Program-made: the position numbers and the translations under genes | NCBI GenBank assembly: GCA_011524805.1 | Contig: WTJO01000113.1 | Coordinates: forward strand, 2,497-45,584 | Direction: 5' to 3' | DNA: 43,088 nt | Source of the DNA: Alphaproteobacteria bacterium | Lineage (GTDB): Bacteria; Pseudomonadota; Alphaproteobacteria; Puniceispirillales; Puniceispirillaceae | Part shown: piece by piece, positions 1 to 7,680 of the stretch | Layout of the letters: the number at the start of each line of letters is the position of its first letter | How positions within the stretch are numbered: position 1 is the first letter of the stretch | Notes under the pieces: model-generated | What the model was told of the DNA's origin: nothing | Databases searched by the model: none | The model's input: only the letters and a program-made list of their open reading frames with translations

Positions 1-164
1 TCAGTCTGCTGGCCTTTGTAGCAAGCGTGGCCGTACATATGATGATCACCACACAAGATAGCGCCAGCCAGTCACAGATAGCGGCACGCGATTCAGTAAT
101 GCGAGACAGTCTGGCAGAAACACGTACCATCTCGCTTGATGACTGGGCACAAATCTGTTTTTAA
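1..164 (+). CDS. 3' end of an unidentified CDS entering from upstream of the window (partial)
   Basis: Frame 3 is open from the window edge to TAA at 162-164 (...RTISLDDWAQICF*). It has no recognisable motif. The competing minus-strand 64-aa ORF 46..240 looks non-protein-like. Confidence 0.2.
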   Translation, partial: SLLAFVASVAVHMMITTQDSASQSQIAARDSVMRDSLAETRTISLDDWAQICF

Positions 165-245
165 GATTTCCCTTTGGCGGCAAGCTGTATATGCTAGTCT
201 GGCCGGAAAATAGTAAGCCTTTGCACAACAGAGATATCATATCCT

Positions 246-1385
246 ATGAATCATCAGCCAGATATACTCATCATCGGACAGGGATTTGCCGGTCTTGGCG
301 CGGCCATCATCTGTGCGAATCATGGCTATCAGGTCACGGTCATTGGCCGTCCAGCACGGGCAAAGGGCGCGCTTCAGCTTGCCCAGAATAGCGCAAGTGC
401 GCTTGGTGGGCTTAGCGTGCCAAAGCTGGGGGCAGATATTCTTGAGCTTGGCAGCCGGCTTGATTCTATCTGTCTGTCACGGCTGGAAGCTGGCACCAGC
501 CTGTGCGAGCTGGTACATCCTCAAGAAAGCTATTATGCTGCTGTCAGCAGACAGCATCTAATGGATTTGCTGATCCGCTATTGCGATAATAACAGCCTTA
601 TCAGCAGATATGACAGTCAGGTCACCGCCGCAATTGTAAGCTATCAGCGCGGGGCTGCCCAGATTGTCTGTGATGATAACCAGCTATTTGAAGCCCCTGT
701 CATTATTGGTGCAGATGGCGCTTCTGGTATCTCTCGCAAACTGGCAAGCGCGGCGATGCACGATGCCCAGACATCATGGCAAACAGGCTATACAGCGATG
801 AGAGCAGAATTTCCTACCAGCAAACTACCTGCCTATTTCTCAGAAAATCATACCAAATTACTGCTGGGTAGATATTGTCATCTTGTCAGCTATCCATTTC
901 ATGCACAGCAGAAAATCAATCTTGTCTTCTGTGCTGACACAGCTTCATTACAGTCGGGGCTGATGACACAGACATTACAGAAAAACCCTGCGCTTGACTG
1001 TCTGAACTCGCCAGATATTCACTGGCAACCTAGCCTGCTTCTGCCGCCCCATGCACAGCCATTATGGCGGTATCAGCGACTTACCCTGATAGGTGATGCT
1101 GCCCATTCAATGCCGCCTCATCTGGCACAGGGTGCAGGTCAGAGTTTTGAAGATATAGCCATGCTGGATCGCATGCTATCTATCCACCCGCTAGATATTG
1201 CTTTGAACGAGATGGCAGCACAGCGCTCCAGAATTGCTGCCAGAATTGCCCATAAGGCAGGTGTGACAGGCAAGGTCATGCGGCTAGGCGGCATGGCCGG
1301 CAGGCTTAGAGATAGCGTGCTGGATATTGCCGGCAGGCAGTTGCTTCAGGAATGGATGGCCGATGTATGGACCGCCCGTAATTAG
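246..1385 (+). CDS. FAD-dependent monooxygenase (UbiH/salicylate-hydroxylase-type flavoprotein)
   Basis: ATG start. N-terminal dinucleotide fold DILIIGQGFAGLGAA. C-terminal flavoprotein-hydroxylase motif LIGDAAHSMPPHLAQGAGQSFED. Confidence 0.85.
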   Translation: MNHQPDILIIGQGFAGLGAAIICANHGYQVTVIGRPARAKGALQLAQNSASALGGLSVPKLGADILELGSRLDSICLSRLEAGTSLCELVHPQESYYAAVSRQHLMDLLIRYCDNNSLISRYDSQVTAAIVSYQRGAAQIVCDDNQLFEAPVIIGADGASGISRKLASAAMHDAQTSWQTGYTAMRAEFPTSKLPAYFSENHTKLLLGRYCHLVSYPFHAQQKINLVFCADTASLQSGLMTQTLQKNPALDCLNSPDIHWQPSLLLPPHAQPLWRYQRLTLIGDAAHSMPPHLAQGAGQSFEDIAMLDRMLSIHPLDIALNEMAAQRSRIAARIAHKAGVTGKVMRLGGMAGRLRDSVLDIAGRQLLQEWMADVWTARN

Positions 1386-1473
1386 CAGCGCAACATACAT
1401 CCATTTGCCGTGTGGGCGCGTAAAATCTAACAATACTTGTATCCATAATACCCACACATAAGGCTGTGCATAA

Positions 1474-2055
1474 ATGCTCCTTCGATTTCGGATATTCATG
1501 CTCGCCTGTCTAGGAATGATAACCATGACAGCCCAGAATAGTATCGCATTAGCATCTGAGTTTGCTGATACTGCCTATCAGTTTAGCTTTACGTCTATTG
1601 ATGGCCAGCCTTTACCACTTTCCGATTTTCAGGGGCAGGTCGTGCTGGTGGTTAATACCGCGTCACGATGCGGATTTACACCTCAATATGATGGTTTGCA
1701 GGCGCTCTATGATAAATATCGCGAACAGGGGCTGGTAGTGCTTGGCGTACCGTCTGGTGATTTTGGCGAACAGGAACTGGCAGATGAAGCCGAGATAAAA
1801 CGTTTCTGCGAGGTGAATTTCAACATTGATTTTCCAATGACAGAAAAAAACCATGTTAAAGGCGATAATGCGCATCCCTTTTATCAATGGTCTGCCGAAA
1901 CAGCAGGTTTTATGGCGCGCCCACGATGGAATTTTCATAAATATCTGGTTGGCAGAGACGGGCAGATAGATAGCTGGTTTTCATCTGTCACCTCCCCGCA
2001 ATCAGAAAAGATGGAAACTGCCATCTTGAGAGCGCTTGCCCAGCCTGCGGGCTGA
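1474..2055 (+). CDS. glutathione peroxidase (BtuE-like, Cys-type) with an N-terminal signal-like segment
   Basis: VVLVVNTASRCGFTPQYDGLQALYDKY...GVPSGDFGEQE matches the GPx/BtuE active-site region. The catalytic residue is a TGC Cys codon at 1669-1671. The N-terminus is hydrophobic (MLLRFRIFMLACLGMITMTA). Confidence 0.9.
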   Translation: MLLRFRIFMLACLGMITMTAQNSIALASEFADTAYQFSFTSIDGQPLPLSDFQGQVVLVVNTASRCGFTPQYDGLQALYDKYREQGLVVLGVPSGDFGEQELADEAEIKRFCEVNFNIDFPMTEKNHVKGDNAHPFYQWSAETAGFMARPRWNFHKYLVGRDGQIDSWFSSVTSPQSEKMETAILRALAQPAG

Positions 2056-2152
2056 TATCCCCAAATATCCATATCTGGCTATCCTGCCATCATCGCCTGT
2101 TATTGGCTTCAGGTGCCTGCTTGTGCTATAAGCACACAAAAACGCCGGATAG

Positions 2153-3145
2153 ATGAAAGATATGTCACAAATGCCAGAGGCCAGTCAGACAAATAGATTT
2201 GTTGTGGCCGCATTATATAAATTCGTGGTGATAGAAGACTGTGCTGCCCTGCAGGCAGAATTACAACAGCTATGCAACACCCATGGCATTATGGGCACAC
2301 TGCTGGTGGCCACAGAAGGTTTGAATGGCACAATTTCAGGGCTTCCGAATGCAATTAAAGCTGTTACCGGATGGCTTCGTGCGCACCCCGATTTTTCCGA
2401 TATTGATATTAAATATGCCGCCCATGAGAATATGCCGTTCCACCGCATGAAAGTGCGGCTGAAGTCTGAAATTGTTACCATGGGCAAGGCAGATATTCTG
2501 CCGTCCGAACAGGCAGGCACCTATGTTGAACCCAAAGACTGGAATGCGCTTATCACTGACCCTGATGTGCTGGTTGTCGATACCCGCAATGATTATGAAA
2601 TCGCAATTGGCCAGTTCACAGGTGCTGAAAATCCGCATACTGCCAGCTTTCGACAGTTTCCTGATTATGCAAAAGCACTTGCCGAGCTGCCAGAAGATAA
2701 GCGGCCGCAAAAAATTGCCATGTATTGCACAGGCGGGATACGGTGCGAGAAATCAACCTCTCTGATGAAGCAGATGGGCTTTGACGATGTCTATCATCTG
2801 AAGGGCGGGATTCTGAGATATCTTGAAGAGATAGATGCAAAAGATTCGCTGTGGGAAGGTGAATGTTTTGTGTTTGATTCCCGTGTTTCTGTTGATCATG
2901 CATTAAATGCAGGCAGTTATGCGCTGTGCCATGCCTGCAAAATGCCGCTATCAGAAGAAGATATGCGCTCTGAATTCTATCAGCCGGGTATCAGTTGCGG
3001 CTATTGCCATGATAAAACATCACAACAGCAAAAAGACAGATTTGCAGAACGCAAGCGCCAGATAGATCTGGCCGAACAGCGTGGCGAGACCCATATCGGG
3101 CAACATGCACGCATGAAAAAATCTTCTATCAGACGGGCTGGCTGA
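2153..3145 (+). CDS. trhO: rhodanese-domain protein, tRNA uridine(34) hydroxylase TrhO/YceA family (UPF0176)
   Basis: Rhodanese active-site loop YCTGGIRCEKS. The C-terminal Cys-rich tail (CHACK...CGYCH) and ~330-aa length are typical of YceA/TrhO. Confidence 0.85.
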   Translation: MKDMSQMPEASQTNRFVVAALYKFVVIEDCAALQAELQQLCNTHGIMGTLLVATEGLNGTISGLPNAIKAVTGWLRAHPDFSDIDIKYAAHENMPFHRMKVRLKSEIVTMGKADILPSEQAGTYVEPKDWNALITDPDVLVVDTRNDYEIAIGQFTGAENPHTASFRQFPDYAKALAELPEDKRPQKIAMYCTGGIRCEKSTSLMKQMGFDDVYHLKGGILRYLEEIDAKDSLWEGECFVFDSRVSVDHALNAGSYALCHACKMPLSEEDMRSEFYQPGISCGYCHDKTSQQQKDRFAERKRQIDLAEQRGETHIGQHARMKKSSIRRAG

Positions 3146-3150
3146 ACTGC

Positions 3151-3798
3151 CTAGCCTCTTATCGCTGTAATGGCCGCACCATAGCCTTGTGGGTGATTAA
3201 AGATAGCCGAACCTGCTACCAGATTTGTAGCACCTGCGGCAATCACATCAGGGGCGGTTGTTGCGGTGATGCCGCCATCTACCTGAATCTGGATATCTCT
3301 GCCAGAGATCAGCTGGCCTGCCTGCTTAATTTTTGGCAGCATGGTTGGCATAAATGACTGCCCCCCAAAGCCCGGATTAACTGTCATGATCAGAAGCAGG
3401 TCAATTTTATCAAGCACATGTTCAATCTGGCTTATCGGGCTGTGCGGATTAAGTGCTACCCCTGCGCTTAGTCCGAAATCCTTAATCGCGGCCAGCACTC
3501 GGTCAAGATGACGGCAGGCTTCGGCATGCACCGTGATGTTCTGAACCCCTGCGGCAGCAAAATCGCCAAGCAGATGATAGGGCTCTTCGACCATCAGATG
3601 TGCATCAAAATAAGCATCACTGCGTTTACGAAGTGCAGCGATAACAGGCGCTCCAAAAGACAGATTAGGCACAAATTGCCCATCCATGACATCCAGATGT
3701 ATCCAGTCTGCCCCTGCCTTTATCACCGCATCAACCTCGTCACCAAGCGCGGCAAAGTCAGATGCAAGTACGGAAGGCGCAATAATCATCTCAGACAT
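3151..3798 (-). CDS. rpe: ribulose-phosphate 3-epimerase
   Basis: IAPSVLASDFAALGDEV...HLDVMDGQFVPNLSFG...MTVNPGFGGQ are hallmark Rpe motifs. The ORF-track start at 3807 is GTG. The ATG at 3798 is preceded by AGGGAAAG about 9 nt upstream. Confidence 0.93.
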   Translation of the reverse strand: MSEMIIAPSVLASDFAALGDEVDAVIKAGADWIHLDVMDGQFVPNLSFGAPVIAALRKRSDAYFDAHLMVEEPYHLLGDFAAAGVQNITVHAEACRHLDRVLAAIKDFGLSAGVALNPHSPISQIEHVLDKIDLLLIMTVNPGFGGQSFMPTMLPKIKQAGQLISGRDIQIQVDGGITATTAPDVIAAGATNLVAGSAIFNHPQGYGAAITAIRG

Positions 3799-3896
3799 GA
3801 TTGTCACTTTCCCTGATTGTTTGGCCGTATTTAGCTAGCTGTATATCTAGCAGATATGCAGGTATCGCGAAATCGAAAATTGCGGCGCAATATCTG

Positions 3897-5726
3897 CTAG
3901 ACAACATCCTTTGCCTTGAAATAGGGCAGATTATCCTGTGCAGAACATCCCATCACTGTCAGCCGCTCAACAATCTGAAGGGCACGCTGATATTTGCGTT
4001 CCAGCTCTTCTTCGGACGTTTCTTCAAACAGCTCACCACATAGTAATATGCCGTGATTTGACTGAAGGGCACGAACCCGCCTGCCATGCATTAGCCCGTC
4101 CACCAGAATCGCATGCTGGAATTCATCAGATTTTACAATCTGGATTTTTTCCTTCACCAGATAATGCCGGATTGCCGCCTCGCCCTGCAAGGTATGCGCC
4201 CAGAATTCTGAGTCAGAACTGGAAGGCTGGCCACTTACCAGCTCAAAGGCTTTACAAAAAGCAAGGAAAATAAGCTCGTCTTTTTCTGCGCCTGTCCATG
4301 CAGTTCTGCCAAGGGTGCGCCAGATATCCTTATTCATCTCGTCAAAGACGGCCGGAATACGCTCAAAGAACAGACGGTGAAGCCCGATATCATTTACAGA
4401 ATCTTCCATTCTCTGTTCTTTATGAATATCGATAGCGCTATAGGAGCCACAGACAGGACAGCCAGAATCAGAAAACTTATCTTTAAGATAGATATGAGAG
4501 CATCTCAGCCCCGACTCCAGCTTGTTGTCACATAGATAATAGCTGGTCTGCTCGTCAATCGGCTGTTGTGCTATCCATTCAAACCTGTTTTTGAATCTCA
4601 GATATGAGCCACGATGAGACCACAGGCTCCATTGCAGTTTTTCAACAGGCCCGAAGGTTGACCAGTTTGAGCTGACATCGATTACAACACAGCTATCTTT
4701 ATGTTCGGCAGCGCGCAATCCGCGCCCTACAGACTGACCCCATAACACTTTGGAGAGGGTCGGTCGCATATGCACAATAATATTACAATGCGGATTATCC
4801 CAGCCTTCGGCCAGTACACCAACAGATACCACCGCCTCAACCTTGCCTTCTGCATGGCTAGACAGCATCTGCATACGCTCTTTGATAGGTGTTGTAGCAG
4901 TAATAAGGCAGACAGAAATTCCCAACTCTTCTATTGCCTCGACCGTGGTTTCTGCAACTGTTACATCAGGGCAAAACCATGCCGAGATAGGGGCGGGCTT
5001 TACCTGCTCTCTTTCTTCAAGATAGATGGAACAGGCATGGCTTATCATGGAAGATTTGATAATCGCAGGTGCCAGCTTGGCAACAGGGAAATCACCTGAG
5101 CTAATATCAATCGTGTTCAGCTCAAGATCATGGATAAAATGTGGGCGATAGCGTGGTCTGACCAGAATACCTTCATCAAACAGCTTATCCATATCTGCGC
5201 CGTCAATAATCGCATCAAAGGCAAGGCTAAGCTGGTCACGCTGATCTGCGGTGCGGCGTTCTGGCGAGGCTGTCAGCCCTAGCAGATGGGCATCATCACG
5301 CCCCTTTTCGCTGAAACATTCCAAAATGCGCTTATAGCCTGTGCCATTTGGTGACACGCGATGCGCTTCATCAATAATGATGAGCTTGGCCTGTTCGACA
5401 GCTTCATCCAGAATATCTCTGGCTCTGGTAGACGTAGATAGAAGCACATCATAATTTGCAAAGGCAGGGTCTGAATGATTTAGCTCAAGCTTTTTGACCC
5501 GATGCTCTTTGGCAAGCGCCCGTTCAAGCTGTTCAAGCAGAACCAGCCTGTGACATAACACGATGACCTTTTCACCTTCATAAAATTGTTTGATGATTTC
5601 GCTGGCCAGAACTGTTTTGCCTGCCCCTGTTGGCGCCTTTACAATGAACCGGCGATGCAGGTTCAGAATACTCGGAAATTCGTCAATAATTTCCTGTTGC
5701 CAACGTCTAAGTTTAATTGAGGTCAT
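3897..5726 (-). CDS. superfamily-2 DEAH-box helicase with a post-core Cys4 zinc-ribbon-like element and a ~230-aa uncharacterised C-terminal region (RadD/YejH-like architecture)
   Basis: LRRWQQEII (Q-like), motif I APTGAGKT, motif II IIDEAHRV, motif III LTASP, motif VI QSVGRGLR. These are followed by C-x10-C...CPVCG. ATG start at 5726. Confidence 0.8.
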   Translation of the reverse strand: MTSIKLRRWQQEIIDEFPSILNLHRRFIVKAPTGAGKTVLASEIIKQFYEGEKVIVLCHRLVLLEQLERALAKEHRVKKLELNHSDPAFANYDVLLSTSTRARDILDEAVEQAKLIIIDEAHRVSPNGTGYKRILECFSEKGRDDAHLLGLTASPERRTADQRDQLSLAFDAIIDGADMDKLFDEGILVRPRYRPHFIHDLELNTIDISSGDFPVAKLAPAIIKSSMISHACSIYLEEREQVKPAPISAWFCPDVTVAETTVEAIEELGISVCLITATTPIKERMQMLSSHAEGKVEAVVSVGVLAEGWDNPHCNIIVHMRPTLSKVLWGQSVGRGLRAAEHKDSCVVIDVSSNWSTFGPVEKLQWSLWSHRGSYLRFKNRFEWIAQQPIDEQTSYYLCDNKLESGLRCSHIYLKDKFSDSGCPVCGSYSAIDIHKEQRMEDSVNDIGLHRLFFERIPAVFDEMNKDIWRTLGRTAWTGAEKDELIFLAFCKAFELVSGQPSSSDSEFWAHTLQGEAAIRHYLVKEKIQIVKSDEFQHAILVDGLMHGRRVRALQSNHGILLCGELFEETSEEELERKYQRALQIVERLTVMGCSAQDNLPYFKAKDVV

Positions 5727-5866
5727 ACCAACACTAATTAAAATACCTTTGCAAGAGCGCTAGTATAAACATAATTTTAGAAAATATCTCTAGCCAAATG
5801 CGAAAAAAAGCGCATTTTTCCGGAAATTTTAGCAAATTTGCCCCAAAAACAGCCTGTTTGGCAGCT

Positions 5867-6871
5867 CTAAAGAAGCGAATATATTGTCTCGATGAGGGCA
5901 GTATTAATCTGGCGTGGCCCTGTATCTAGCCTGTTTTTATGACGGCGCTCACCTGCCAGCCTGATTCCGTCCAGCCCCTTCATCTCGGTAAAAAAGCCTG
6001 CAACATGCGCTTTCCAGTCACCTGACGAGATTAGTTCGGGGCTGATAGCAATCACCAGCTCTCCTCCTTTGGCAGGGCCGCCATCATTATTATCCTCTCT
6101 GCCAGCCTCAACAGAAAAATTATCCCCTGTCACACCGGCACATAATAATTCTACCATGGTGGCAATGGCTGAGCCTTTATAGCCACCAAATGGCAGCAAT
6201 ACCCCCTTCAATACCTCATTTGGGTCTGTTGAGGGATTGCCAGCCGCATCAAGGCCAGTATCTGCTGGCAGTTCATGGCCGTCTCTGGCGGCAATCTGCA
6301 CATCTCCTTTTGCCAGCCGCGAGGTCGCCATATCAAACACATAAGGTGATGACCCCGGATTAGGAAAGGCAAAGGAAAGCGGGTTTGTGCCGAAAAAGGC
6401 CTGCTTTGCCCCGAACGGCGCAACAGAGGGTTTGAAGGCTGTACAGGCAAGCCCCACCAGCCCCTGTTCGGCAAGATATTCTGTTTCAGGCCATAAGGCG
6501 GCAAAGTGAAAGCTGTTCACAATGCTCATCACCGCGATACCTGTTTTGTGGGCAGCCTCGGCCAGCTGTGGCAGGCCAGCCTGCAATGCCAGCGGCGCAT
6601 AGCCCATCTGGCCATCCACCTTCAGCACAGATGGCAATGTCTGCGCGATCTTGGGATTAGCATCTGCTGTTACCTTGCCAGATTTAATTGAACCTACATA
6701 GCCCGGAATCCTGAACAGCCCGTGAGAGGTTGACCCGTCCCGTTCCGCCCGCATCACCGTATCTGCGATAGCCGCCGCATTGGCCTCATCACATCCGGCC
6801 GCACGCATCACCTTATGGGCAAGCTTGTAAATTTCATCTAGCGACATATCTGTCAAATTCTGAACACTCAT
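5867..6871 (-). CDS. Ldh2-family (malate/L-lactate dehydrogenase type 2) NAD(P)H-dependent oxidoreductase
   Basis: GSTSHGLFRIPGYV and overall similarity to the Ldh_2 family (AllD, ComC, DpkA, YiaK relatives). ATG with AAGAGAGAAAG upstream. Confidence 0.85.
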   Translation of the reverse strand: MSVQNLTDMSLDEIYKLAHKVMRAAGCDEANAAAIADTVMRAERDGSTSHGLFRIPGYVGSIKSGKVTADANPKIAQTLPSVLKVDGQMGYAPLALQAGLPQLAEAAHKTGIAVMSIVNSFHFAALWPETEYLAEQGLVGLACTAFKPSVAPFGAKQAFFGTNPLSFAFPNPGSSPYVFDMATSRLAKGDVQIAARDGHELPADTGLDAAGNPSTDPNEVLKGVLLPFGGYKGSAIATMVELLCAGVTGDNFSVEAGREDNNDGGPAKGGELVIAISPELISSGDWKAHVAGFFTEMKGLDGIRLAGERRHKNRLDTGPRQINTALIETIYSLL

Positions 6872-6908
6872 ATCTTTCTCTCTTACCTATCTGTTATGCT
6901 GTGCCAAT

Positions 6909-6928
6909 ATATTTTACCGGTAAAATAT
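6909..6928. promoter_or_regulatory. perfect 20-bp palindrome ATATTTTACCGGTAAAATAT upstream of the Ldh2-family gene (candidate operator)
   Basis: Ten of ten arm positions are complementary, checked base by base. It lies 38-57 nt upstream of the ATG at 6871 and contains a TAAAAT -10-like hexamer on the coding strand. Confidence 0.4.
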
Positions 6929-7005
6929 TTTTTATATTTCTCATGCTGGGCTATCTTTGGGGCGCTGTCCATAGGCTGGTGCAGAAATATAAGCTACGCT
7001 AGCTT

Positions 7006-7680
7006 TCAGTCATTATCTGTCAGACCTGCGCCTGCACCTGACAACCGTGACGCATCGCTCTCGGGCACGTAAGAGCGGAATGCAAATTCTGATAGACGCG
7101 CCCAGCCTGTATCATCAATGTCTACAGCACCTGTTTCGGTCACCAGCTTCTGCTGGCCGCCGGCTTTCATCTCAATCCGGTATTCTGTGATATTGCTCTG
7201 CTCACCACTGGCAGGCATCGCTATCAGCATCTCATCAGCGTGCATCTGGCACGCATCAAAAGACAGCGTTATCTGCCCGTGATGCTGGCTTTCTGTCCAG
7301 ATAAGCTGGCCAAGCAGGATAGAAGGCATATAGGCGGTAGTCAGAATGACTATATGCGGCTCGGCACCCCCGTCAGATGAGATGGCAAGCCAGTCACATA
7401 TCATCGCTCCAAATACCAGCATTTCATGCGGGGCGGCGGTTAGCCGTAATTCTGTGCCGTCTATTGTGATGCGCTGGCTATCTGCTGGCACGGGGCGCGC
7501 CGAATCATATGCCTGATAGTGCGCAAGATACGCTGCAAGCTGGGTGGCGGCGCGTGGCTGGTGGTGGCTGGCAATGACCATTGCCCAGCCTGTATCATCT
7601 GCAACATCATGGCTGAACCCGCATCCAAGCAGAGCTTTGCGCGTCATATGAAACAGCTCGTTCAGCGAACAGCGTATCAT
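7006..7680 (-). CDS. uncharacterised 224-aa protein (resembles the DUF3726 family from memory; unverified)
   Basis: Uninterrupted ORF with an ATG at 7680 overlapping the upstream stop (ATGA). N-terminal SLNELFHMTRKALLGCG and C-terminal SGAGAGLTDND. No catalytic motif recognised. Confidence 0.7.
   Translation of the reverse strand: MIRCSLNELFHMTRKALLGCGFSHDVADDTGWAMVIASHHQPRAATQLAAYLAHYQAYDSARPVPADSQRITIDGTELRLTAAPHEMLVFGAMICDWLAISSDGGAEPHIVILTTAYMPSILLGQLIWTESQHHGQITLSFDACQMHADEMLIAMPASGEQSNITEYRIEMKAGGQQKLVTETGAVDIDDTGWARLSEFAFRSYVPESDASRLSGAGAGLTDND

Noticed and set aside
46-240. 64-aa minus-strand ORF at the window start.
   Set aside because: The translation (…CKGLLFSGQTSIYSLPPKGNLKNRF…) has no features of a real protein. 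It overlaps a plus-strand frame that is open to the window edge and the promoter region of the monooxygenase gene.
1669-1671. Possible selenocysteine at the glutathione peroxidase active site.
   Set aside because: The codon is TGC (Cys), not TGA, and the ORF is uninterrupted.
2122-2136. TGTGCT-ata-AGCACA hairpin after the glutathione peroxidase gene, considered as a terminator.
   Set aside because: The stem is only 6 bp and is followed by CAAAAAC rather than a T-run on the transcribed strand. It is more likely a chance palindrome or a minor binding site upstream of trhO.
3897-5726. The helicase as the core of an anti-phage defence or mobile island.
   Set aside because: There is no adjacent nuclease, methyltransferase, integrase, tRNA or flanking direct repeat. 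The neighbours are housekeeping genes. The architecture fits a RadD-like repair helicase. I kept it as a low-interest finding only.
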